Of a stretch of DNA of 64,000 nt, positions 17,308-26,267 are shown in pieces (position 1 is the first letter of the stretch; the number at the start of each line of letters is the position of its first letter). Made by a program: the position numbers and the translations under genes. This stretch comes from Desulfobacterales bacterium. Lineage in GTDB: Bacteria; Desulfobacterota; Desulfobacteria; Desulfobacterales; C00003060. The stretch is from positions 18 through 64,017 of the forward strand of contig JAUWXF010000002.1 in the NCBI GenBank assembly GCA_030616475.1. The letters run 5' to 3'. Under the pieces are notes generated by a model. The model saw only the letters and a list, made by a program, of their open reading frames with translations. It searched no databases and was not told the origin of the DNA.

Positions 17308-18423
17308 ATGAAACGGACACTTTGTTGGATGTTAATTCTGGGACTGGTAATCTCCCTCGGAATGCTTGGGTGTGCGAAGAAGGAGAAAGAGCTTAAGATT
17401 GGCATCATAACGCCTTTGACAGGAGATGTTGCCTCTTGGGGAGAGATGCAACGCAATGCAACAGAACTCGCACTGGAAAAAGTTAAGGACTTAAAGATAA
17501 AGGTTATCTTTGAAGATGATCAGGCGACTCCTAAAATAGGGCTTAATGCCTTCAATAAATTGGTTGCTATTGACAAGGTTCCAATTGTTGTAGGTTCACC
17601 TGCGAGCAATGTTACTCTCACGATTGCGCCGGTCGCCAATGAAAAGAAGACTATTTTACTCTCTTCAGGTTCGACTGCAACGGAAGTTGGAAAAGCTGGT
17701 CCCTATATCTTCAGAATCATGCCATCCGATGAGGTGCAATCATCAATAATGGCTGATTGGGCTTCGCAGTTAGATTATAAAAAGATTGCTATTGTATACG
17801 TTGAAAATTCTTGGGGACGGGGTCTTATGGAAGGCTTTAAGAATGACTTCCTTCGAAAAGCTGGACAAATTCTAACTATCCAATCAACTGAACAAGATAC
17901 AACGGATTATAGGGGACAGTTGCTTAAGATCAAGGTTGCAAATCCCGATGCGATATATGCTCCTTTATATACTAAGGGCGCTGGCCTTATGATCAAGCAG
18001 GCTAGAGAATTGGGTCTCAAACAACAGATTCTGGGTGCCGATGTTTACGGAGCGCCTGAATTGATTACAGCGGGTGGAAGTGCCGTAAACGGTGTTCTTT
18101 ATACAACTTTTAGTGAATATCATGGCCCTGAATATCAGGAGTTTGCTAGTCGTTATAAAGAAAAATACGGCAAAACACCAGAGACATACACGACTTATTG
18201 CTATGACGCTTTCATGATTGCTGTGGAGGCTATCAGGCGAATTTCAAAGGGTGCCGATATTAATGGTCCGAATATACGCGCGGAATTACTTAAAATTAAC
18301 AACTATAGAGGTGTGACGGGGGTTACCTCTTTTAATGGCATGAACAGCGCGAGTGGCAAGACATTCGATAAAATGACAGTGATAGACGATTCGTTTAGGC
18401 CGTACAAAAGCAGCACAAAATGA
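17308..18423 (+). CDS. ABC transporter substrate-binding lipoprotein, branched-chain amino acid (LivK/LivJ) family
   Basis: 371 aa with a lipobox (LGMLGC). It shows type-1 periplasmic binding protein features (IGIITPLTGD, GS.ASNV). Confidence 0.85.
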   Translation: MKRTLCWMLILGLVISLGMLGCAKKEKELKIGIITPLTGDVASWGEMQRNATELALEKVKDLKIKVIFEDDQATPKIGLNAFNKLVAIDKVPIVVGSPASNVTLTIAPVANEKKTILLSSGSTATEVGKAGPYIFRIMPSDEVQSSIMADWASQLDYKKIAIVYVENSWGRGLMEGFKNDFLRKAGQILTIQSTEQDTTDYRGQLLKIKVANPDAIYAPLYTKGAGLMIKQARELGLKQQILGADVYGAPELITAGGSAVNGVLYTTFSEYHGPEYQEFASRYKEKYGKTPETYTTYCYDAFMIAVEAIRRISKGADINGPNIRAELLKINNYRGVTGVTSFNGMNSASGKTFDKMTVIDDSFRPYKSSTK

Positions 18424-19640
18424 CAGCGTCCTCGGAATGCTCATACTATAATATATTTGCACCCCATTCGTTCGAACGGAATCAGGAGAACGAGTTCATT
18501 TCGAACAATATGACCATAGACTATTATTTTGGTCATAGAAAAATAGTAGAACAGTTCGCAAAGAAGCGGAAAGAATTCCTCGCCCATTATCAATCTCTAA
18601 GGAATTTATCCAATTCTGAGTTGGCAAGATATGTCGACCGTGCGCGTAAAAAAAGTGTGCTTTTGACAGTCGTTATGCTTACAGGCAAATGTGATGCGAA
18701 CTGCAAGATATGTTGTACCGATCGTACTTACAAGGATGACGAAGAGTTAAAGATCGAAGAAATTTCGCCGATTTTTAAGCAGGTAAAGAAATTGGGGTGC
18801 AAGACAATATATATACCAGGTGAGGGAGAGCCCCTTTTAGACAAGAATATTTGGAACATTCTTGATCTATCGAGACAAATGAAATTCAATGTGATTATTT
18901 TTACAAATGGCATAATTCTTTCAAATAATAATCTTGCTAGAAACCAATGGGGAATGACAAGTGAAGAGGTCGTTAGAAAACTTTCTGCCTATCCAGTTTA
19001 CATATATCACAAGTTGTGGTCGACAGACGAGATGCTACTTTCTGAATTGATGCAAATACCACGCGGTATTTATTCCTTTAGCACTTTTTTCATTAATGGT
19101 AACGATAACAAAGCAAAACGAACAATTATGATACCCAAAGGTATTAGTCTGCTTTTGAAGTACTTTCCACCTGACAGGGTTGGCATTGAATCAGTCGTAA
19201 CAAAACAAAATTTTCAGGAATTAAAAAATATTATCATACCATTTATTAAACAATCTGGAATAAAGTCATATATAGAGCCATTAATACATGGTGGGCGGTG
19301 TTTGGGCATACATGACTATGATCTCGAGTCAAGCAAGCATCTTGAATTACATCCGTGGTTATGCAGACTCGGCTGTCGGAGGCTTGGCTATAAAGTGTTT
19401 ATTAGTAATGCAGGTTATGCTTCATTTGGTATACAAGTTCCACTTGAAAAGTACTTACCTGAGAGGAAACATGAATTTTCTATCCGGAACGGAAAAGGTA
19501 AGGTTAAAGATATCTATAATCTGGTTCATTCAAATGAATTATTGGTTAGGGGAAGATATGCAATGAACGGCTGTTTATGTGAAAAAATCTCTGTCAATAT
19601 TGAGAAACATGGGTTTTCGGAGTTTCTTAGAGATGGTTGA
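18420..19640 (+). CDS. radical SAM enzyme
   Basis: 406 aa with CDANCKIC (CxxxCxxC) and GEGEPLL. There are additional C-terminal cysteines. Its ATG overlaps the stop of the binding-protein gene (ATGA). Confidence 0.8.
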   Translation: MTASSECSYYNIFAPHSFERNQENEFISNNMTIDYYFGHRKIVEQFAKKRKEFLAHYQSLRNLSNSELARYVDRARKKSVLLTVVMLTGKCDANCKICCTDRTYKDDEELKIEEISPIFKQVKKLGCKTIYIPGEGEPLLDKNIWNILDLSRQMKFNVIIFTNGIILSNNNLARNQWGMTSEEVVRKLSAYPVYIYHKLWSTDEMLLSELMQIPRGIYSFSTFFINGNDNKAKRTIMIPKGISLLLKYFPPDRVGIESVVTKQNFQELKNIIIPFIKQSGIKSYIEPLIHGGRCLGIHDYDLESSKHLELHPWLCRLGCRRLGYKVFISNAGYASFGIQVPLEKYLPERKHEFSIRNGKGKVKDIYNLVHSNELLVRGRYAMNGCLCEKISVNIEKHGFSEFLRDG

Positions 19641-20346
19641 CAAAACTGAACGCGATAAAGTTGAAGAAAATTTTGTGGTTAGAGCCTTGAAATATTTTGG
19701 CTTATTCTTGTTAATGCTTCTCTCTGTTTTGATTATTTATAAAATAGTTATAGGAACGAATTTAATCAATGATTTGAGAGGGAGGTCTTATATTATACTT
19801 CCCGTTGCACCCGTTACACCGGAAGAAATACTCTCACAAACGCAAAACATAATATCGTTTGTGGCTGTTGTAATTGCTTTAGTTTCAATTGCTGTAGGCT
19901 CAATCTTCTGGCATGTGAGAAAGAAAATAGAAAAGTTTGAACAAATTGAGGAGCGTTTCTCAACAATGAATCGTACGTTGTTAATTGCAATGGAAACAGC
20001 TATTTTGGGGCTTCCAAAGTTTGATGAATCACAACATATTCCTCTAAAGTGTGCAGAGATTGCCTGTGAAATCGACAGGATTTTTCAGAATCATCCTGAG
20101 CTTGAACAGGAAATTGATAAAATCGGCAATGGCGCAAAGTTGAGGTTAGTAAGATCTCTTCACTACTTTGCATTTGGCGATTATAAGAAATGTATCGGAT
20201 ATTTAACGGAAATTGTGGATAATAACCTTGGTGATATGGATGCCAGAAGAAATGCATGCTATTGGTTGGGAATAGCATATAGGCAAAGAGGTGATTATGG
20301 GCTTTCTGCAAAATACTTTTCTGAGATGGAAAATTACCGATGTTAA
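19633..20346 (+). CDS. membrane protein with C-terminal TPR-like repeat
   Basis: Two predicted TM helices and a TPR-like CYWLGIAYRQRGDYGLSAKYF. I prefer the ATG at 19633, which overlaps the radical-SAM stop (ATGGTTGA), over the track start at 19579. Confidence 0.55.
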   Translation: MVDKTERDKVEENFVVRALKYFGLFLLMLLSVLIIYKIVIGTNLINDLRGRSYIILPVAPVTPEEILSQTQNIISFVAVVIALVSIAVGSIFWHVRKKIEKFEQIEERFSTMNRTLLIAMETAILGLPKFDESQHIPLKCAEIACEIDRIFQNHPELEQEIDKIGNGAKLRLVRSLHYFAFGDYKKCIGYLTEIVDNNLGDMDARRNACYWLGIAYRQRGDYGLSAKYFSEMENYRC

Positions 20347-21713
20347 ATGACGTCACGGCAAGAACGGGCAAACTGTTGACTTATTACAAAGCTTATAAGG
20401 TGGGTAACGTGAATTCGGAGCAGAGTCTGAAGGACACCTTTCCGGATGATAAAGTAATAAAGCAGTTTTCTGTTTCGAATGATGCGGATTTCCCGAAAAG
20501 TTATCTGAAGTTTTTGTTCGACAATATGTATTCAGTTTTTAAAGATCGTAGGAAGGACGTCCTTGTCCGATTTTATATTTGTGAGTTGATATATGATTTG
20601 CATCAAGCAGGGTATCAATTGACTGGCCATGAACATTCGCTTTTTAGAACTCTGCATAATGAGTTAATGAAGTTTGAACCTGAAGAGCATGACAAAGACA
20701 ATGCTATATTGGCGAACTACTATTTTTGCCTTGCTCTTGTATGTCGATGGTCCTTGGAGTTGGCTCTAGCGTTCGGACAGGGAATGTCAACCCTCAATTC
20801 AGAGCAAATTGCGGAGCAGCATACCCTCATCAATAAGGCGTATGATCTTTTAAAATACTCTAAGAAGTATGCTGGATTAGTGGAAAGCAAGGAAAATATT
20901 TTTTCAGAAGAAAAACTCGGTGAAGTGTCGCGTGATGAGTTCCTCAACGAAATTAAGAGGTTGGAAACTTGTTTTTCACAAAGAATATTGCCTGAAGTCG
21001 AAAAACCGAGAAAACAAAAGATAAAGGAATTGTTTAATAAGTTTGCACCAGAATATAAAAACCATGAGGAAGAGACGAAGCATATTGACGCCCAACGTAA
21101 AGTATTGATTACCATTTTCCAAGAACTTGATAAGAAGCATGTTGACAAAAAAATTAAAATTTTAGATATCGCTACAGGTCCTGGTATTGTCCCATGTATT
21201 ATTTCTGAGATATATGCGATCGCAAAAATCAACAAGATTATCGCTATTGATTTTAGCAACTCAATGATTGAACAAGCGAAAAAAGAGCTTTCAAAGCTGA
21301 TCGCCGATAATAAATGTCAACTAAAAGTCTGTGACATAGAGGCATATTCCGAAATAGTTCGGTCTGAAATAAATGAAGACGATTTTGATGTGATTATATT
21401 CTCCTTTGTATTTGCATGGCTCTCAGATCGGGAGAGAGCTCTTCAGAACATCGATAAACTGCTGAAAAAGAGTGGAAATATAATCATATTAGAGGAGTTT
21501 TTCAAAATTGGGCAGAATAAGCCTATCTTTTCGCAAAAAGCCGAAGAACTCTCTTTTATGAATGAGCTTGCAAAACTATACGATCATATTCCGATATTCG
21601 AAATCATTGAGCTTGCGAGAAAGTATAATTTTGAACAAAAGTCCGGTCATTTTTATTCGGCTAAAATCGATGATGTACACGATGTAGTAGGACTATTTTT
21701 TCATCGGGCTTGA
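20340..21713 (+). CDS. helical N-terminal domain fused to a class I SAM-dependent methyltransferase
   Basis: 457 aa. The C-terminal half has ILDIATGPGIV (motif I), AIDFSNSMI and FDVIIFSFVFAWL...SGNIIILE. Confidence 0.7.
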   Translation: MLNDVTARTGKLLTYYKAYKVGNVNSEQSLKDTFPDDKVIKQFSVSNDADFPKSYLKFLFDNMYSVFKDRRKDVLVRFYICELIYDLHQAGYQLTGHEHSLFRTLHNELMKFEPEEHDKDNAILANYYFCLALVCRWSLELALAFGQGMSTLNSEQIAEQHTLINKAYDLLKYSKKYAGLVESKENIFSEEKLGEVSRDEFLNEIKRLETCFSQRILPEVEKPRKQKIKELFNKFAPEYKNHEEETKHIDAQRKVLITIFQELDKKHVDKKIKILDIATGPGIVPCIISEIYAIAKINKIIAIDFSNSMIEQAKKELSKLIADNKCQLKVCDIEAYSEIVRSEINEDDFDVIIFSFVFAWLSDRERALQNIDKLLKKSGNIIILEEFFKIGQNKPIFSQKAEELSFMNELAKLYDHIPIFEIIELARKYNFEQKSGHFYSAKIDDVHDVVGLFFHRA

Positions 21714-21744
21714 AGAAATTTTTTGGGTTTCACAAGGAGGTATA

Positions 21745-21852
21745 ATGCTTCTGAATCTGTATGTACATAGGGGTTGTTACCTCGAAGCACTAATAGGGAA
21801 GGGTAACTCCAGTCGCCCAGAGTTACCCTTTAAGAAAACCACTTGCCCCTGA
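21745..21852 (+). CDS. speculative 35-aa ORF (MLLNLYVHRGCYLEALIGKGNSSRPELPFKKTTCP)
   Basis: It is preceded by AAGGAGG 4 nt upstream of the ATG. The same bases also read as a TATAAT box. The ORF contains a perfect 9-bp hairpin (GGGTAACTC...GAGTTACCC). Confidence 0.2.
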   Translation: MLLNLYVHRGCYLEALIGKGNSSRPELPFKKTTCP

Positions 21853-21928
21853 CGAGGAGGAGCAGCGGGACATCCTTAAATAAATTCAGTTTTAGCCGCA
21901 CTAACTTATTCGCTTAAGGAGAAGGCCT

Positions 21929-22807
21929 TTGCTCCCGCAACTAATATTGAATGGCATAATCGCAGGCAGCATTTACGCTGTTATTGCTATTGGCTTTACC
22001 GTCATATATCGCACTGTAAAGTTTTTTCACTTTGCCCACGGTGTGGTTTATACGATTGGAGCATATTTCGCTTATACTCTGATTATCTCATTACACTTCA
22101 ATCTTATCCTTTCTTTTTTTTTGTCCATAGTCCTGGCTGCCCTTCTTGGCATTGCTATTGACAGATCTGTCTATTATCCCCTCCGACAACAGAATGCATC
22201 CAACCTGATCTTTCTCCTCGCCTCTTTCGGCGTCTTTATTTTCCTTCAGAACCTGATCCAACTTATCTATGGAGCACAGATTCTTACAATAAGAACTGGT
22301 CCTATCAAAGAAGGACATCATTTCTACGGAGCAGTGATTACTGATATACAGATTTTGATTTTAGTGGTCTCGATCATTCTTATGATATTTCTGTGGCTTT
22401 TTATCCAGAAGACGAAACTCGGTAAGGCAATGAGGGCTGTGGCTGACGATCCCGTGGCAGCAAATGTTGTTGGTATAAATCCCGAAAGGATAATCCGAAC
22501 TTCATTTGCCATAGGCTCAGCATTGGCCGGTGCTGCTGGGATACTTATATCTTTTGAAACCAATATTGAACCTACCATGGGATTCAGTGCCCTCTTGAAG
22601 GGAATTATTGCCTCTATTATTGGTGGCATCGGTAGTATTCCAGGCGCAGTACTGGGGGGATTCTTTCTAGGATTAGCTGAGAACCTTGGCATCTGGAAGA
22701 TATCAGCCGGATGGAAGGATTGTATAGCATTTCTTATTCTCATAATTTTCCTTTTGATAAGACCATGGGGGTTCTTGGGCACTAAAACTGAAAAGGAAAC
22801 AATTTAA
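21929..22807 (+). CDS. livH: branched-chain amino acid ABC transporter permease
   Basis: 292 aa, polytopic, LivH-type sequence. It has a TTG start with an AAGGAGAAGG RBS. Confidence 0.88.
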   Translation: MLPQLILNGIIAGSIYAVIAIGFTVIYRTVKFFHFAHGVVYTIGAYFAYTLIISLHFNLILSFFLSIVLAALLGIAIDRSVYYPLRQQNASNLIFLLASFGVFIFLQNLIQLIYGAQILTIRTGPIKEGHHFYGAVITDIQILILVVSIILMIFLWLFIQKTKLGKAMRAVADDPVAANVVGINPERIIRTSFAIGSALAGAAGILISFETNIEPTMGFSALLKGIIASIIGGIGSIPGAVLGGFFLGLAENLGIWKISAGWKDCIAFLILIIFLLIRPWGFLGTKTEKETI

Positions 22808-22812
22808 GCCTC

Positions 22813-23682
22813 ATGGACTATCTCTTACATATCCTTGTTATTGCCGGGATATACATAATTCTCACATTGAGTCTGAATCTCATTGTGGGGTATACAGGAT
22901 TACCTGCGCTGGGGCATGCAGCCTTTTCTTGCATAGGTGCATATACATCAAGTCTGCTGGCATTAAATATGGGCTTGTCTCCATGGATAGGGTTATTGAT
23001 AGGGGCCTGTGTGGCGGCATTATCGGGGATAATCATAGGATATCCAGCGGTCCGACTAAGGGGAGACTATCTTGCCCTGGCAACATTCGGTTTGGGAGTT
23101 ATCGTGTATTCCATTGCCAAAAACTGGGTATCTCTCACAAGAGGGCCAATGGGGCTTCCAGGAATACCCGGCTTCTCAGTATTAGGTTTTCAGTTGTCAG
23201 AAATTTGGTCTTACCTGTTGCTGGTTCTATTTTTCGTGATAGTCACCGTCTTTGCTATCAAAAGAATAGTAAATTCTCCCTTTGGCAGAATACTGAGGTC
23301 TATCCGGGAAGATGAGATTGCTTCAGAGGCCTTGGGGAAGGATACAACCAGGCACAAACTACTGGTGTTCATCATAGGGGCATTCTTTGCCGGTATCGCA
23401 GGAAGCCTTTATGCTCATTACATAACCTTTATCGATCCATCGAGTTTTACTGTAATGGAATCTATCACCATTCTCCTGATGGTTATCTTTGGAGGAATGG
23501 GGAGTATATCAGGCTCTATAGTAGGCGCGGTCATTCTGGTTGTCTTTCCTGAGCTTTTGAGATTTCTGGGAATGCCGTCATCAATTGCAGCGCCAATGAG
23601 ACAGATGATATACGGGTTGCTCCTGGTAGTTCTTATGCTCAAAAGACCTCAGGGTATAATGGGGGCATATCGGTTCAAATGA
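22813..23682 (+). CDS. livM: branched-chain amino acid ABC transporter permease
   Basis: 289 aa, polytopic, LivM-type ([13 protein letters not shown]). Confidence 0.88.
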   Translation: MDYLLHILVIAGIYIILTLSLNLIVGYTGLPALGHAAFSCIGAYTSSLLALNMGLSPWIGLLIGACVAALSGIIIGYPAVRLRGDYLALATFGLGVIVYSIAKNWVSLTRGPMGLPGIPGFSVLGFQLSEIWSYLLLVLFFVIVTVFAIKRIVNSPFGRILRSIREDEIASEALGKDTTRHKLLVFIIGAFFAGIAGSLYAHYITFIDPSSFTVMESITILLMVIFGGMGSISGSIVGAVILVVFPELLRFLGMPSSIAAPMRQMIYGLLLVVLMLKRPQGIMGAYRFK

Positions 23683-24461
23683 GTGGTGAAATCTTGTTAG
23701 ATGTAAAAAATCTTTCTAAGGAATTCGACGGTCTTGTTGCTGTGAATAACCTTAACTTCTCTGTTCAACCGGCCAGTATAAACGCCCTGATAGGCCCTAA
23801 TGGTGCGGGTAAGACGACCGTGTTTAATATAATCTCTGGATTCTACGACTCTCAATCAGGAGATGTTTATTTTAAGAATAAAAGGATTACCAATTTGCCA
23901 CCATACAAGATAGCCAGATTAGGTATCTCACGGACATTTCAGAATATCAGGCTTTTCCCACAGATTACAGTCCTGGAGAATATGTTACTGGCAACGAAAT
24001 ATGAGAAAGGTGAGAGGCTTATATTTGCCCTTCTTCAATCAAAGATTATGAAGAATGAGGAGCAGAGGAATAGGGAGAAGGCCCTCGAATATCTTGAATT
24101 GCTGGGTCTTTCAGACAAGAAAGACGACCTTGCACAGAATCTGTCTCATGGACAGAGGCGACTGCTTGAATTGGCCAGAGCACTGGCAATGGAAGCTGAA
24201 CTATTTCTGTTGGACGAGCCAACGGCAGGGGTTTTCCCTAATATGAGGGTTGAGATACTAGATGTGCTAAAGAGCTTGAAGGCTAAAGGTAAGACGATCC
24301 TGTTCATTGAACACAATATGAAAGTAGTAACAGGAGTTTCTGATAATGTCATTGTGTTGAACTATGGTCAGAAAATTGCAGAAGGGCCACCAGAAGAGAT
24401 TACCAGAGACGAGAAGGTCATAGAAGCCTATCTTGGCAGGAGGCGAGGAAGTGCTTCTTGA
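23679..24461 (+). CDS. livG: ABC transporter ATP-binding protein (LivG type)
   Basis: Walker A is GPNGAGKTT, the signature motif is LSHGQRR and Walker B is LFLLDEP. Confidence 0.9.
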   Translation: MSGEILLDVKNLSKEFDGLVAVNNLNFSVQPASINALIGPNGAGKTTVFNIISGFYDSQSGDVYFKNKRITNLPPYKIARLGISRTFQNIRLFPQITVLENMLLATKYEKGERLIFALLQSKIMKNEEQRNREKALEYLELLGLSDKKDDLAQNLSHGQRRLLELARALAMEAELFLLDEPTAGVFPNMRVEILDVLKSLKAKGKTILFIEHNMKVVTGVSDNVIVLNYGQKIAEGPPEEITRDEKVIEAYLGRRRGSAS

Positions 24462-25200
24462 AGTCAGAAGCTTGACAGTATATTACGACACCGTCCTCGC
24501 TCTGGACAATATTTCTCTCACTGTTAGTGAGGGAGAAATTGTGGCAATGATAGGACCAAATGGTGCAGGCAAATCTACGGCCCTAAAAGCAATTTGCGGT
24601 TTGCTGAAGCCGCGGTCAGGAGAGATCTTATTTCAAGGGGAAAATATAAATGACAAACAGCCATACCAGTTGGTTGAGAAAGGGCTTTGTCTCGTGCCAG
24701 AAGGGAGGCGAGTCTTTACTTCAATGACTGTTTCAGAGAATCTTGAAATGGGAGCCTATACAGTTTCCAGTGGTCAGTTCTCAGCGCTCAGAAGAAGAAA
24801 CCGACAACCGAGGACTGACATCAGGCACCTTTTAGACAAGGTATTCGTGTTATTCCCGGTGCTTAAAGAAAGACGAAAACAGAGAGCAGCAACGTTAAGC
24901 AGTGGCGAGCAACAGATGCTCGCCATTGGCAGAGCACTGATGTTAAAACCAAAACTGCTCCTATTGGACGAACCATCACTGGGACTTTCTCCGAATTATG
25001 TGGATACTGTATTTGAAAACATAAAGCAGATTAACACAGATGGGACCACCATTCTTCTCGTGGAACAGAATGCGAGGATGGCTTTAGAATACGCAGACCG
25101 AGGCTATGTATTTGAAATAGGCAAAATTGCCTTTGAAGATAAAGCAAAAAACCTCCTTGAAAATGATGAGGTTAGAAAGTCGTTTTTGGGGGAGCATTAA
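24451..25200 (+). CDS. livF: ABC transporter ATP-binding protein (LivF type)
   Basis: Walker A is GPNGAGKST, the signature motif is LSSGEQQ and Walker B is LLLLDEP. I prefer the GTG at 24451, 7 nt after AGGAGG, over the TTG at 24433. Confidence 0.88.
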   Translation: MLLEVRSLTVYYDTVLALDNISLTVSEGEIVAMIGPNGAGKSTALKAICGLLKPRSGEILFQGENINDKQPYQLVEKGLCLVPEGRRVFTSMTVSENLEMGAYTVSSGQFSALRRRNRQPRTDIRHLLDKVFVLFPVLKERRKQRAATLSSGEQQMLAIGRALMLKPKLLLLDEPSLGLSPNYVDTVFENIKQINTDGTTILLVEQNARMALEYADRGYVFEIGKIAFEDKAKNLLENDEVRKSFLGEH

Positions 25201-25242
25201 TAGCGCTGCAAAATGAAAAAGTTAAAAAGCGGCAGCAACTTC

Positions 25243-25320
25243 ATGTAACACGCTGTTTGTGGCTTCACTTTGTTTCGCTCAAACCGTACGGGCTTCACAA
25301 ACAGCGGAAGCGTTATCTGC
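25243..25320 (+). other. attC-like structured site a
   Basis: TGTAAC-A-CGCTGTTTGTG (25251-25261) ... CACAAACAGCG (25296-25306)-GAAGC-GTTATCTGC. Confidence 0.6.
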
Positions 25321-25354
25321 CATGCGAAATGATATAATGTGAAGGTGAGAAAGC

Positions 25355-26119
25355 GTGTCTTCTTTCTTGGTTCGCAATAGTGTCGGCACGCCGATCAATT
25401 CAGTAGAAGAGTGGTTCCACCGTGCCCCTCCGAAAAAGGGCGCTAAACAGTGGAAAGACGGGCGAAGTGCCAAAGAACTTGCCAAGGTATGGTTCAAGAC
25501 CGGAGAACCTATTATCCCTTGTGAACTCAAGGCATTACTGGACAGTCATCCTTCTACTGAAAACTTCGTCCCCTCGATTGCGGTGCCAGAAATGGTTACG
25601 CCCCTCGATGATTTCAGGGGTGAGGGGCGTAACCATGATTTGGTGTTGCTCGGCCACGTTGGGGATCGAAAGACGCTGGTGTCCATTGAGGCAAAAGCAG
25701 ATGAAACCTTCGGCGACATAATCAGCGATCGTCTGGTGCGAGCAAAGTCGTTTTCCAAAGTCCCTGACCGCATCGCCCTTTTGTCGCAAGCGCTTTGGGG
25801 TCGCTCAATCGATAAACGCCTAGGAAGAATCCGCTATCAGCTTCTCACCGGCCTGGCCGGCACACTCATCGAAGCCCGAAGGCAATCAGCTGTTCAAGCA
25901 GTTTTCGTTATTCATGAATTCATTTCGGAAGCCTTAACCCAAGATAATGTTAACCGGAACGCTGGCGACCTTGAGGCGTTCATTAGGACTTTTCCTGCAA
26001 TGGAAGAGACATCTGTACACACAGGTATCATGATTGACAAAATCGTGTTCCCGGGTGGTCCGTTTGTGCCAGGAAATATTCCGACATTGATTGGCAAAGT
26101 CGTAACGCACATTGAATGA
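25355..26119 (+). CDS. PD-(D/E)xK-fold protein, DUF6946-like
   Basis: 254 aa with a GTG start after GAAGGTGAG. HDLVLLG ... VSIEAKADE fits a D...ExK nuclease core. The N-terminal WKDGRSAKELAKVW resembles DUF6946 proteins (from memory). Confidence 0.55.
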   Translation: MSSFLVRNSVGTPINSVEEWFHRAPPKKGAKQWKDGRSAKELAKVWFKTGEPIIPCELKALLDSHPSTENFVPSIAVPEMVTPLDDFRGEGRNHDLVLLGHVGDRKTLVSIEAKADETFGDIISDRLVRAKSFSKVPDRIALLSQALWGRSIDKRLGRIRYQLLTGLAGTLIEARRQSAVQAVFVIHEFISEALTQDNVNRNAGDLEAFIRTFPAMEETSVHTGIMIDKIVFPGGPFVPGNIPTLIGKVVTHIE

Positions 26120-26137
26120 ACAGATGCATTTCGTACG

Positions 26138-26243
26138 GCGGATAACATGGCCTTACCGGCGAAGCTGTCGCTTCGCCCAAATGCCGCCTGTGTGGAAAAC
26201 ATTCGCGTGGTGGCACTTCGGTAAGGCCAGAAACGTTATCTGC
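26138..26243 (+). other. attC-like structured site b
   Basis: GCGGATAAC-A-TGGCCTTACCG (26148-26158) ... CGGTAAGGCCA (26219-26229)-GAAAC-GTTATCTGC. Confidence 0.65.
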
Positions 26244-26267
26244 TACTGCGGGCAGAGGAAGGCTTAC

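Noticed and set aside
21805-21832. GGGTAACTC-N10-GAGTTACCC hairpin as a sixth attC-like site
   Set aside because: It has TAAC/GTTA boxes but lacks the second stem, the 5-nt bulge and the variable loop shared by sites a-e. It is more simply a small hairpin.
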